Assembly: GCA_951406725.2 (NCBI GenBank) | Contig: OX597818.1 | Location: 49,042,001 to 49,106,000, forward strand | Length of the DNA: 64,000 nucleotides | Origin: Octopus vulgaris | Taxonomy: Eukaryota | Reading direction: 5' to 3' | Shown: piece after piece, positions 38,922-51,267 of the stretch | How positions within the stretch are numbered: position 1 is the stretch's first letter | Layout of the letters: every line of letters begins with the position of its first letter | The notes under the pieces: generated by a model | The model's database searches: none | What the model was told of the DNA's origin: nothing | What the model saw: only the letters and a program-made list of their open reading frames with translations | Position numbers and translations under genes: made by a program

Positions 38922-41172
38922 TGTGTACAGTGCTCAGGTGCACTACAACGTATCTAGCGTATTCATCCATTTTAAAACAGTAGGACGAACTTTGAAGGAT
39001 AATTTTATTTATTTGCCACCTTCAGACTTTTGTAAGGCGTTGAAACTTCCGATATGTGCGATTCTGAAGGAATCACAGAACCCACAACTATCTTCTGTTA
39101 TCCATATTAGCATTGTCAAATCTTTGAAATTAAGTGAAATCATTATTCTTAAGCCCAACAATAATCCAAGAGAAGCTTCGTCTGCCGTTACGTTCTGAGT
39201 TCAAATTCCGCCGAGGTCGACTTTGCCTCTCATCCTTTCAGGGTCGATAAATTAAGTACCAGTTACGCACTGGGGTCGATATAATCGACTTAATCCATTT
39301 ATCTGTCCTTGTTTGTCCCCTCTGTGTTTAGCCCCTTGTGGCTAGTAAGGAAATAAATCATATAAAAATATCCATCATCCTCATAGCATATTTGCAAAAC
39401 TTCTTGTAAAACTCATGACCAAGATGTTCCTCCCTCCAAATGACAACATGGATTCAGATCACAATACTCAAATAGCATTGACCAAAAATTTAGCTTGGAA
39501 AATACATCTTCATACCATTTCACTGTTTTTCACTAACATTAAACTATCACAGACAACAGACAATCTTTAGACTACATTCCACTTTGTCATCTGTCTGTCT
39601 GTCTCTCTCATGTTCTCACCCTGCCAACTGAACCTATTTCTTTACTGCCCACAAGGGGCTAAACACAGAGAGGACAAACAAGGACAGACAAACGGAATAA
39701 GTCGATTATACTGACCCCAGTGCAGTTCAGCAAAAGAGACCGATAGAATAAGCACTAGGCTTACAAAGAATAAGTCGGTGGGGGGGGGGGGCGATTATTT
39801 GTTTGACTAAAGGCGGTGCTCCAGCATGGCTACAGTCAAATGACTGAAACAAATAAAAGAATAAAAGAGAAGAATGGCTAGATGCCCTTCCTGTTGTCAA
39901 CCTCCACCTGTTTTTAAATAAGGTAGTGTTTCTCGTTGGCTGAACATGTTTTCACAGCAGACTGGGAAGAAATGATTCTGTTTGTATTATAGTGACATTT
40001 GCTTACAACTGTCATGTAAAGTCCTGACCAGGAGACATAAGCACACACACACACACATGCATGAATTACATGCATATATGTAACCATGCATGCATACACA
40101 TTCATACATGACAGTCTTCATGAAATAAATCTACTCACAAGGACTTCGGCATTCCAGGGTTACAATACAGACATTTGTCCAAGCAAAGTGCCATGCCATG
40201 GGAATGGACCATACGGTTGAAATGTGAACTTCTTAATACCACAGCCACCATCCATTCATGCATTTGCACACACACACACACATATAAGTATCAAGGTGGT
40301 GAGCTGGCAGAAAGGTTAGCATGCCGGGCGAAATGCGTAGCCGTATTTCGTCTGCCGTTACGTTCTGAGTTCAAATTCCGCCGAGGTCGACTTTGCCTTT
40401 CTTCCTTTCGGGGTCGATAAATTAAGTACCAGTTACGCACTGGGGTCGATGTAATCGATTTAATCCGTTTGTCTGTCCTTGTTTGTCCCCTCTGTGTTTA
40501 GCCCCTTGTGGATAGTAAAGAAATATATACCCTTTTACTTGTTTTGTTTCAGTCATTTGACTGTGGCCATGCTGGAGCACCGGCTTTAGTCGAGCAAATC
40601 GACCCCAGGACTTATTCTTTGTAAGCCCAGTACTTATTCTATCGGTCTCTTTTGCCGAACCACTAAGTGACGGGGACGTAAACACACCAACATCGGTTGT
40701 CAAGCAATGCTAGAGGGACAAACACAGACACACAAACATATACATACACATACATACATATATATACATATATACGACAGGCTTCTTTCAGTTCCGTCTA
40801 CCAAATCCACTCACAAGGCATTGGTCGGCCCGAGGCTATAGCAGAAGTCACTTGCCCAAGATGCCACGCAGTGGGACTGAACCCAGAACCATGTGGTTGG
40901 TAGGCAAGCTACTTACCACACAGCCACTCCTGCGCCTATATATAAATATCAAAACAAAGAGGGATTAATAATGGATTAATAACCTAGGTGAAATACTTCT
41001 TAAGCCCTCTGTGGATAAAAAGACACCAGGGTACCAAAACATTTCTGTGACTGGTATTGTACTCCAGGTAATTCCTCATCAAAATCGGTCACTTGCAGAT
41101 GACCTATTTCTCTCATAAGTCTACATTATCTAAGATCCACCCTTTACTTTTTGTCGGCAATTGGTTTGTTGC

Positions 41173-41282
41173 AGCTCTGAAGAGGATATTTTAGGGTGGC
41201 AGCTCCCTATATTTTTAGTTGATCAATTGATAAGATTGAACCATGAACCCACCCAAACGTATAACTGAAACAACTGTAAGCT
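41173..41282 (+). ncRNA. Type-I hammerhead motif with extended stem II
   Basis: agct-CTGAAGA-ggatat..gggtgg...ccaccc..tataact-GAAA-caactg-T-A-agct. Confidence 0.6.
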
Positions 41283-42124
41283 TCTAATAAATAAGTGTAT
41301 ACAGAAATGCGTAGCCGTATTTTGTCTGCCGTTACATTCTGAGTTCAAATTCTGCCAAGGTCGACTTTGCCTTTCATCCTTTCAGGGTCGATAAATAAAG
41401 TAATCCGTTTGTCTGTCCTTGTTTGTCCCCTCTATGTTTAGCCCCTTGTGGGCAATAAAGAAATATATCTATCTATCTATATATATTTTTTATTTCATCT
41501 AGTTTCAGCTCATGAGCTGTGGCCATGCTGGGGCACCGCCATTTGGTGTTGCTACATAATTTTACTTCATGAATACTTTTTAGCTATTGACATTTGGTGC
41601 ATGAGAGAGTTTGATGCAGCTGCCCTCATCTGCACTTCCTGCTGCGAAGTTGGTTCATCTGGGACACCTGACAGGAAGAGGTCCAGCTTTATTTTGAAGA
41701 CACCTACATCCACCCCATGCAGGTCTCTCAGGTCCTTCAGAGGGATATTGAAGAGCTGAGGACTTCTGAAGCCCAGGCTATTGCAGTATCTTGTCCTACA
41801 TCTTGATGGCAAATTTGGAGTCCTTGGCACTATGCAGTGGTGCCCAGTTCTAGTATTTGTGTAACTCTCGATGCCAAGATATATATATACACACACACAC
41901 ACAAAATCAAATTTTTAACCCTCTTGATACCATTTTTCTTTTTGAATACACAGCTTATATTTCAACTTATTTCTAAAAGAACCAGGATTTTAGTAAAATA
42001 GTTTTCCTTATTCAGTTAGAAGATTTGAGCTCATAAATTAAGATGTTTTAATTTAGATCACTTCCAAACAGGATGTTTGTATCTTAGAACTAGGTATAAT
42101 CTCATACAGGTTACACGAAGAGAG

Positions 42125-43326
42125 ACCTGATCTTTCCATTGGCATCAGCATTAACTTTCTCACTCTTAATGCCTGTATGTTCTGAAAACTACATTTTCCC
42201 AAATAAAGTGCTCTTCATATTCAGAGCTCTGATGAGGCTATAAGGATGTTATGCTGGGACTCAGCTAAATAGTCCACCACATTTTATTGCAGAAACAGCT
42301 GTTAGCTAATGTTTGTTCCTGTTGCCATTCTATATTCATATATCATTGTGTTCTGGACCATATGTATAAAGTGTTCTTGGACCTGATGGAGCCAAGAACT
42401 TCATGGTGTTCCAATGTTTGCTTTGACATGGTTTGAATGGCTGGATGCTCTTTCTAATGCTGTACTGGTTGCTTTCTTTTGTGCCATTTGCACTATTGGA
42501 GTTATCATACATCTTGCAAAACTACAAACCCTGAGGTAGGTAGGGTTGGTTTTATACTATGGAATAAGGGGTTAGAATATGAAAGTGGGGTGAAAGATTA
42601 GGGGCTTGGTGAAGAGTTGCATGGTTACTCATATTTAGTAGGGGAAGGGAGAGAATGATCAGAAGGAACTGTTGAGATAGATAAGAGATGGGGTGTCTAA
42701 GTGGCCCCACAAAGATTGAGGTAAGTATAAACTGGTGAATGAGAATATTGTACAATTGCAAGGGGGAATTAGAAGATGAGAGGATGGTTAGGCAGTCTGT
42801 GGCTGTAAAAGAAGTTGGATAGGGTTGAAGAGTAATGACTGATGAGTTATGTATAGTGGGGAGAGTAGGTGGAGAGGAGAAGGGGAGGATAATAATGATA
42901 CAGTTGACAAGGGAGGAGGAGAAGAGAGAGGGATGGTGAAGTGGAGTTTGACTTCAGGATCAAGGAGAGACATAGATGGAAATAGATGTAGGGCATGATG
43001 AGACATAATTTGATATATTGGGAGAAACAGGTGCATCAATGTAACATATGGGTAGAGAGCAGATAATACACCTGATCTTTCCATTGGCATCAACATTAAC
43101 TTTCTCACTCTTAATGCCTGTATGTTCTGAAAACTACATTTTCCCAAATAAAGCGCTCTTCATATTCAAGGCTCTGATGAGGCTATAAGGATGTTATGCA
43201 GGGATTCAACTAAACAGTCCACCACATCTCATTGCAGAAACAGCTGTAAGCTAATGTTTGTTCCTTCCTATTGCTATTCTATACTCATATGTCATTGTGT
43301 TCTGGACCATATGTATAAAGGGTTCT
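42125..43326 (+). mobile_element. Retrozyme/Penelope pseudo-LTR-like structure: two ~255-bp direct repeats, each with a hammerhead
   Basis: Repeats at 42125-42377 and 43070-43326, offset 945 bp; CTGATGA at 42229 and 43174; GAAACAGCTGT[T/A]AGCT at 42292 and 43237. Confidence 0.7.
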
Positions 43327-43369
43327 AAACCAGATTAATGTTTCCCGATGCCTGAGTGAAATAATATAT

Positions 43370-43421
<52 letters not shown>

Positions 43422-43784
43422 AGGTGGTTAGGTCCTTTCACAAATCACACCAGTCAACGTGATCCATTGTCATTTCCTCCCTGAGGCTCAGCATCTTGAA
43501 ATCAGCCCTCAGTGTTTCAGCTCAAATTTTCCTGAGTTTTTCTCTGCCACAAATTCCATCCACTTTAAGTGATTGATTTGACACTTCTTTATACAACTTT
43601 CCTCATCTAAATATAACGTTTGTCTATTTTCCTATGGTGACTTTCATAATTATGTTAGTTTTTCAGACAAGTTTCCTTATCCTGGCTGTGTTATTGAAAG
43701 GGTTTCAATCAGTATTACCTCAAGTCAGCTTCATGAAACCTCCTTCAGTTAAGATAAACCTTGCACCTGAACCCATTATTTTAC

Positions 43785-44442
43785 CAGTGGCTCCCAAAGT
43801 GGGCAGTACCGCCCCCACCCTCGGGGGCAGGCGAAAGATCCAGTGGGTGTTGAAGAATAATGGGGTGACCAAAATAGGGCAATGGATATATAAAAAACAA
43901 ACAAAATAAAGGGTTAATTACTCTCTTTTATCCTCTTACTCTTTTACTTGTTTCAGTCATTTGACTGCGGCCATGCTGGAGCACTGCCTTTAGTCGAGCA
44001 AATCGAACCCAAGACTTATTCTTTGTAAGCCTAGTACTTATTCTATCGGTCTCTCTTGCCGAACCGGTAACTTACGGGGCCGTAAACACGCCAGCATCGG
44101 TTGTGAAGCGACGTTGGGGGGATAAATACATACACAAACACACACACATATACGATGGGCTTCTTTCAGTTTCCGTCTACCAGATCCACTCACAAGGCTT
44201 TGGTCAGCCCAAGGTGCCATGCAGTGGGACTGAACCCGAAACCATGTGGTTGGTAAACAAGCTACTTACCACACGGCCACTCCTGCGCTTATTAGGTGAA
44301 GTTTTAGTTGTGAAATATTGTTGTTTTGAATTTGGTGCAGAAAATGGTATATGTCTGGGATGGTGAGGTGGGGTGTACCAGGAATGTATTCGTATTCTTA
44401 AAACCAAGGGGGTAGCAGCCTGAAAAAGTTTAGAAACCACTG
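43785..44442. mobile_element. hAT/Charlie-like MITE with a nested SINE-A
   Basis: cagtggctcccaaa ... tttagaaaccactg ends; no clear TSD. Confidence 0.5.
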
Positions 44443-44662
44443 GGCTTGATGTTCGAGTCGAAAGACGATTAAGAATCATCAAATGTAGCATAATTATTTT
44501 TTTTGCATAAAAGATAAATAATTTTATCAAGCGACAAAAAAAAATGTTAAAACATCCCTCAATCTCTGTTAAATCTCTCCTGTAGTTCAGGAATATCGAC
44601 CGGGGTATCAACAATACATCTAAAAATGTGAAACTGTTCGAAAAATAGACATCAAGGCTAAA

Positions 44663-44960
44663 TCTTTATATATAAAAGTGAAGTTGTGTGTCTGTCTCCT
44701 ACGATTTAGATTCCTAACTACTCCCACATTTTGCGGTGCAGTGTAACAAAAAGCGGGTACTTATAGACGTGATTCATATCGAGCCCTTCTGGGTATTAGC
44801 GCGCGTCTTCGATGAGTCTACGATTAAAAAAAAAAATTACCATAATTTTTTCCCATTTTTAATGCATTTTTTGGCTATTATATAAGGGAAGTAACTCTCT
44901 AAAAATGCTTATATAGTTATTTCCCTTACAAACCCGAGCAACGCCGGGCGATACTGCTAG
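44663..44960 (+). mobile_element. Non-autonomous Helitron-like element
   Basis: A|TCtttatatataaa...cccgagcaacgccggg...CTAG|T; same termini as 21591-21980. Confidence 0.75.
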
Positions 44961-45187
44961 TATATTATATATAGAATTTCTTAATGTTTTATGCTCTTGG
45001 GTGTCTTACTCAATTTACAAAAAAAATAAAAAATAAATAAATAAAAATTGGTACCTGGTTTGAGGTACACAGGTTTTAAAAAAATCAAAGCAAATTATTG
45101 TAAATAGCAGTTGTGGGAATTTAGTAAAGAAACAAGTTTTGGTGTTCTCATAGCGCATAAAAAACCGAAACCGTTATGTGGTCTCAC

Positions 45188-45520
45188 TGACAATTTACAC
45201 TAGAATGAATTAACCTAAAACTATCGAATCCACCTAAACTTAGTTTCGTCTGTTCTACCACCCCGACTGGTTTTCCAGTCTTTAATCTTTTGGACAATGT
45301 TGACAATTTAACAATCAGGTCACGTTTGGCAGTAACACGTACCCCATTTGTTCTGTTCATGCGCATTGACGCAAAGTTGACAATAACAAAAGTTTATATA
45401 ATTTTAGACATCGCGTGAATTTGACTGGAGCTTTGACAGAGCTATTGATTTACTTCGTCTGATTACAACCAAGTTTGCTTTTATTAACCGAATACATGTT
45501 TTATGGATTAATGAATGCTG
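45188..45520. promoter_or_regulatory. Candidate bidirectional promoter with divergent first exons
   Basis: Unique CpG-rich DNA; TGCGCA (NRF1-like) and TGACG motifs at 45360-45371; donors facing outward (gtgaga on minus at 45187, gtgagt on plus at 45521). Confidence 0.4.
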
Positions 45521-45867
45521 GTGAGTTATATTAAAACTTTTTCCTCGATGTTTAAACTACTTAAAGTTTAACAATACGTCTCCCATTATTAATAAATTAG
45601 GCGAAGTTTAATTATTGTTTCAGTTTTATTTTCATTTGAACTTTGAATTAAAATCATAAAGTAAAATCAAAGAAATTTTTGGTTTCACAAATAACACCTC
45701 GTTATTACTATTTCTTTTCTCTAGTTTTCAGTATCTTCATTATCGACATGTGCGTGAAATTAATTACTTTTTTTTAGTTCTTAGAAAACTTGTGATTTTT
45801 GCATCATTGATCGTTGTAATTTTTATGTATACTTAAATATATAATCGCAGTAACATCACTTTGTGAC

Positions 45868-45986
45868 GGCGGCGAAGTTTCGCATGTCGTAGATCAGATT
45901 TCCGTCGATTTCCGTAAAAAACTTTTATTTTTTTACATAAGTAATGAGAGCGAAAGAGACTATGCTACTACAACCGAAACTATGCC
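45868..45986 (+). mobile_element. Miniature Mutator-like element with 9-bp TSD
   Basis: ctttgtgac at 45859-45867 and 45987-45995; ends ggc(g)aagtttcg / cgaaactatgcc. Confidence 0.75.
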
Positions 45987-46823
45987 CTTTGTGACTCTTA
46001 TTATGTAACTGAGAAAGAATGAAAACATAAAGAGAAAAGTACCTGCTTTCTGTTCTCTCTTTAGAAGTGAATGATTAAAAGATTTGTTAAATTCCACCTA
46101 AACTGCCGTTTGTTATGTAGACTATGTTTATACCCTGCTCTGTCAACTCATTGGTATGAAAGCTTTATGCGGGCATTTTTGTTTCTGGTATATTAACCAG
46201 ACATTGAGAATGACAGACACACGAAGCTGTCTAAATGCCACATCGTGCAGGAAAAAAGGGGAAAAAAATATAAAAAGCAACAAGTTTTCGAACCAACGAA
46301 GGAACCTCCACATAGTCGTTGGATCTGTTAAAAGAAATAGCTAAATACCACCCCCTTTTCATGTCTTTAATTACATCATACTGCTTCAACAACAAAAGGA
46401 TATATTTCTGAAATAATTTTAAGACAGCTTATATTTGAAAAGATCGTGATTATTGATAGAATTTCTCTTAAACATAACCATCGAGGTTGACTTGGGGTTA
46501 AAATACAACAAACAAGTACTTGAGTTAATGAAGTTTCTACGTGGTCGCTATATCTGCTAGAAATAACGGTACCCTTCCTTACCCATCAATATAAACGGTA
46601 GACCACATAGTATGATGAAAGCAAAAAAAAAAAAACAAGAAAGAAAACGGCATGGTCATGGCTGGACCGTCTTTCATCACATGTCTGCTAGATCGGGACA
46701 GACTTGATGCTAAGCAATAGCTTACTAAACTTCTTTTGAAATCGAACTTTGATACTCTTTTCACCAACACTTGTGATAAACCTTAATGGTCGATGTTTAC
46801 TTTAACCAACCTTATCTCTGTTC

Positions 46824-47599
46824 GGCGAAGTTTCGCATGTCGTAGATCAGATTTCCGTCGATTTCCGTAAAAAACTTTTATTTTTTTACATAAGTAATGA
46901 GAGCGAAAAAGACTAAGAGGAAGCGATTTTACGACGAGAAGGTTTCACTTTGAAGTCGGCCTGTGTGTGTTTGATGGGGTGTGGGAGACAGACAGTATGT
47001 TGTGTAAGTGAAGTGCTTCTGTTAGTGTGTGTGAAGAGACAGAGAGAGTAATGTGTGAAAGAGAGAGATAACTGATTTTTTATTCGGTGTATGTGTATAT
47101 GTATGTATGCATGTATGTGTATATGTATGTATGCATGTATCTATGTATGTGTGTGTGTGTAAGTATGTGTGTGTGTATGTATGTATGGCCGATTCATCGT
47201 AATTTTTTACTCGGTGTATGTGTATATGTATGTCTGCATGTATGTGTGTGTGTATGTATCTATGTGTGTGTATGTATGTATGTGTGTGTGTGTATGTATC
47301 TATGTATGTGTGTGTGTGTATGTATGTATGTATGGCCGATTCATAGTAATTTTTTACTCGGTGTATGTGTATATGTATGTCTGTCTCTTCGCACACACTA
47401 ACAGAAGCACTTCACTTACACAACATACTGTCTGTCTCCCACACCCCATCAAACACACACAGGCCGACTTCAAAGTGAAACCTTCTCGTCGTAAAATCGC
47501 TTCCTCTTAGTCTCTTTCGCTCTCATTACTTATGTAAAAAAATAAAAGTTTTTTACGGAAATCGACGGAAATCTGTGCTACTACAACCGAAACTATGCC
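46824..47599. mobile_element. Mutator/foldback-like element with ~220-bp near-perfect TIRs
   Basis: 46824-47042 is mirrored by 47381-47599; interior is TG/TATG repeats with a 147-bp tandem duplication. Confidence 0.85.
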
Positions 47600-48253
47600 G
47601 AAAAAATTAAGAAAAAAGGAAAACAAAACCCAAAACAATTCACCACTTTGGGTTGAAAAAGTTGGGGGCACTAGGAAACCTCTCTAATGGCTATTGAGGT
47701 ACACCAGCAAGCTTGCAGCTTATTCCAGGAAATTTATTAATGTTGGTGAGCGCTACGTCACTTCTTTTCGAGCAAATAGATCAAATGTTTTTCAGCGGTT
47801 AACACTCATTATTACTTTCAAGAGCAGTGTATCTGAGATTCTTTTATTCAAATTATTCAATGTGCCCTTCTTTTTTAAGGATGTGACTTGACAGCTATTT
47901 CTAGCAGTTTCAATGACCATTTAGAGGCTACATCATTAACTCGACTGTAAATTTTTTTTTTTATATTAATGTATCATATTCCATGGTATTTTATGACATT
48001 AAATTAGAAATAGATTGTTCCCCTGAAATTTTATAAAATTGAAGAAATAAAGTTAGTTAAACAAATAATTAATGTTAAATTTGAGTATTTTGGCGCAGGC
48101 ATGGCTGTGGGGTAAGAGATTTGCTTCCCAACCACGTTGTTCCGGGATCAGTACCACTACATGGCACTTGGGCAAGTGTCTTACTATAGCCCTGGGCTGA
48201 ACAAAGCCTTGTGAGTGGATTTGGTAGACGGAAACTGAAAGAAGCCCATCGTG

Positions 48254-48292
<39 letters not shown>

Positions 48293-48435
48293 CATACATA
48301 TATGTAATATAATTTTTCTAAATCTTCAGATTTTTCAATATGCTAGGCCACCGGTTTTAAATAGATATTAATCGAATTAATTAATATTCAATTTTTCACC
48401 CTTATTATTTAAATACACACACACACACACACACG

Positions 48436-49660
48436 ACGATGGGTAAATTGTCACCATTTTATATTTTTAACTTTGTCCATACCCATTGTTTGTTTCTAAT
48501 TTTGTTGACTACACAGTATAGTAGGGTCAGTTGGGCATCATCTGTGAGAAAAGCAACACCATGACACAATTCACTCAACCAGACGTTTGGAAATGACATG
48601 CTGTACTGCTTGGCTCCAGAAGCTCCAGTATGAACATTTCAGAGTGTTTGGGTGTCAATCTGAGGACAGTGCAGAGGATTCGGAAAGAGTTGGATGAGTT
48701 TAATGGGGATTATGAAGGTACGGCAGCTCGGAAAACTTACTCTGATCATTCTGATGAGAAAAGAACTCCTGAATTTGTTGGTTAGATCCAGGCCATGATT
48801 GACAACGATCCCTCTAAGTCAATCAGGCCCATTGCCAGGGACATGGGAGTGTCTGAGTTTCTTACCAGGCAGATAGTGCATGAAGATATTCAGTATTCCT
48901 CATATAAGATGAGAAAGGGCCAATTTTTATACAAAAACAATCAAGGACAAGAGGAAAGGCCATGCTACAAAGCTTTTGAACAAACTCAACTATCCCCTCC
49001 AACCGAACGTGCTTTGGTTTTTCTCAGATGAGAAAAATTTCTGCCAGGATCAGATGGTGAACAGACAGAACAGCTTGTTGGCTTGTCATGTCCCCAAAAC
49101 ATGTACCAAAAGTGATAAAAATCAAACATCCAGTCAACACCATGGTGTTTGGAGTGATCACTAGTGATGACGATGTTATGCTTGCATTCATCTTTCCACA
49201 CAGCCTCACACTTAACACAGAGGCCTATGTCAAGTGCTTGGAGGAGATAGTGCTGCCCTGGGTCAATCGCTTGACAACTGATGTCTGGTGTGACTCTGTA
49301 CCTTGCCACGCATGTAAGAGAACCCAGTCATGGCTGTCAGACAATTTCTGTGACCACATCACCTTCAACATCTGGCTGCCTAACTCCTCAGACTGCAACC
49401 CCCTTGATTATTATGTGTAGGGCACAGTTGAGCAAGGGAGCATTCACCAACTTAAACAAGGAGACTGTCCAGAAGAGTTACTGGAGATTCCAAAGTCATC
49501 TGGAGGCTGTGGTTGACGCCAATGATGATTTTATTGAATAAATGTATTCTTTAGTATTTTAAGATATCTGAATGTAATTTTGATAAATATATCTGTTAAA
49601 ATGAGATGTTATTTTCATTTTTGTGTAATTTAGATGACAATTTATTCACCGCACTCTGTA
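48436..49660 (+). mobile_element. Degenerate DD37D (maT) Tc1/mariner transposon nested in a SINE-A
   Basis: WFFSDEKNF ... WCDSVPCH ... NPLDYYV with 37 residues between the last two D; right end tgacaatttattcaccgcactctg-TA; SINE halves at 48092-48255 and 49665-49880. Confidence 0.85.
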
Positions 49661-50643
49661 TGTATATATTTGTATGTCTGTGTCTGTCCCTCCACCATCG
49701 CTTGACAACTGATGTTGGTGTGTTTACATCCCCTGTAACTTAGTGGTTTAGCAAAAAAGACTGATAAAATAAGTACTAGGCTTACAAAGAATAAGTCCTG
49801 GAGTCAATTTGTTCGACTAAAGGCAGTGCTCCAGCATGGCTGCAGTCAAATGGCTGAAACAAATAAAAGAATAAAAGAAATAGATATAGCTACTTACCAC
49901 ACAGGAGTGGCTGTGTGGTAAGCAGCTTGCTTACCAACCACATGGTTCCAGGTTCATTCCCACCGCGTGGCACCTTGGGCAAGTGTCTTCTACTATAGCT
50001 TCGGGCCGATCAAAGCCTGTGAGTGGATTTGGTAGAAAGAAACTGAAAGAAGCCCATTGTATATATGTATATATATATGTATTGTGTGTGTATATGTTTA
50101 TGTGTCTGTGTTTGTCCCCCCAACATCGCCTGACAACCGATGCTGGTGTGTTTACATCCCTGTATCTTAGTGGTTCGGCAAAAGAGACCGATAGAATAAG
50201 TACTAGGCTTACAATGAATAAGTCCTGGGGGCGATTTACTCGACTAAAGGCAGTGCTCCAGCATGGCTGCCGTCAAATGACTGAAACAAGTAAAAGAATA
50301 AAAGAGTAAAAGAGAATATATATATATAAAAATCCTTAAATCCTTAAAAATGTTCCAGCCTGAAGGCTGCAGCCATGCTGGGGCACCACCGTTGAGTGAG
50401 CTACACTAGTATGTGAAACCACCTCTGATACATGGCACTTGATCAACAAGGGAGTTCGATGCTATTGCCTGCATTTGTATTTCCTGCTGAGAGGTGGGTT
50501 CATCTGGGACCCCCGACAAGAAGAGATCTAGTTTAGTTTTAAAGAAACACACATCCACACCATGCAGGTCTCTCAGGCATTTAGGAAGGATATTGAAGTG
50601 CTGTGGTCCTCTGAAACCCAAGCTGTTGCAGTATCTGGTCCTG

Positions 50644-50688
<45 letters not shown>

Positions 50689-50747
50689 CAGTAAATCATA
50701 AATTAGAAAGAGAAGCACACTAAGTAAGTTGTAGAGTGTTTAGTGGA

Positions 50748-50851
50748 AGATAGTTATGGCCGTTGGCATTAGGGTCTGACAAGACATATGAAGCTAAGCA
50801 TTTTATGGACGTAAAACCCTGGATAACCCTATGAACTGGCCATAACTATCT
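50748..50851 (+). ncRNA. Decayed hammerhead-like motif inside a 14-bp outer hairpin
   Basis: agatagttatggcc/ggccataactatct enclosing tagggt-CTGACaA-...-GtAAA...-acccta. Confidence 0.4.
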
Positions 50852-51046
50852 CTATACAAATACTGCTTTTTTAAGGAGGTTTAAATAGAGATACATATTA
50901 GATTTCATAGAAAGGAGGTCAGATTTGATATTACATATATTAGCACCCACTTCCTATATTTTTTAGTCTAGATTCAAATAAACATGACTAGAAGGACGAA
51001 TATATAAATCCCATAAAATGGTCAGAAAAAAACCTAAGTACTTTAA

Positions 51047-51267
51047 ACCTTTCGTTACCAACCCGGCTGAAACCGCCTCTGGCTCTGTAGTATAAATGTC
51101 TTATTTTCATAAGTTTTGAATTAAAATCTTCCACTAAACCTTAGTCAGAATTTATGTTCCTTAAACCAGCTCAATGATAACTAAGTTATTTTACTAAATT
51201 CTTTGTTAATTTAAAATTAATTAAAAGAAACACAGAGCATCTCAAAATAAATAGGGTAATGAAAGGG
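51047..51267. mobile_element. piggyBac-type MITE
   Basis: TTAA|acctttcgttacc ... ggtaatgaaaggg|TTAA. Confidence 0.75.
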
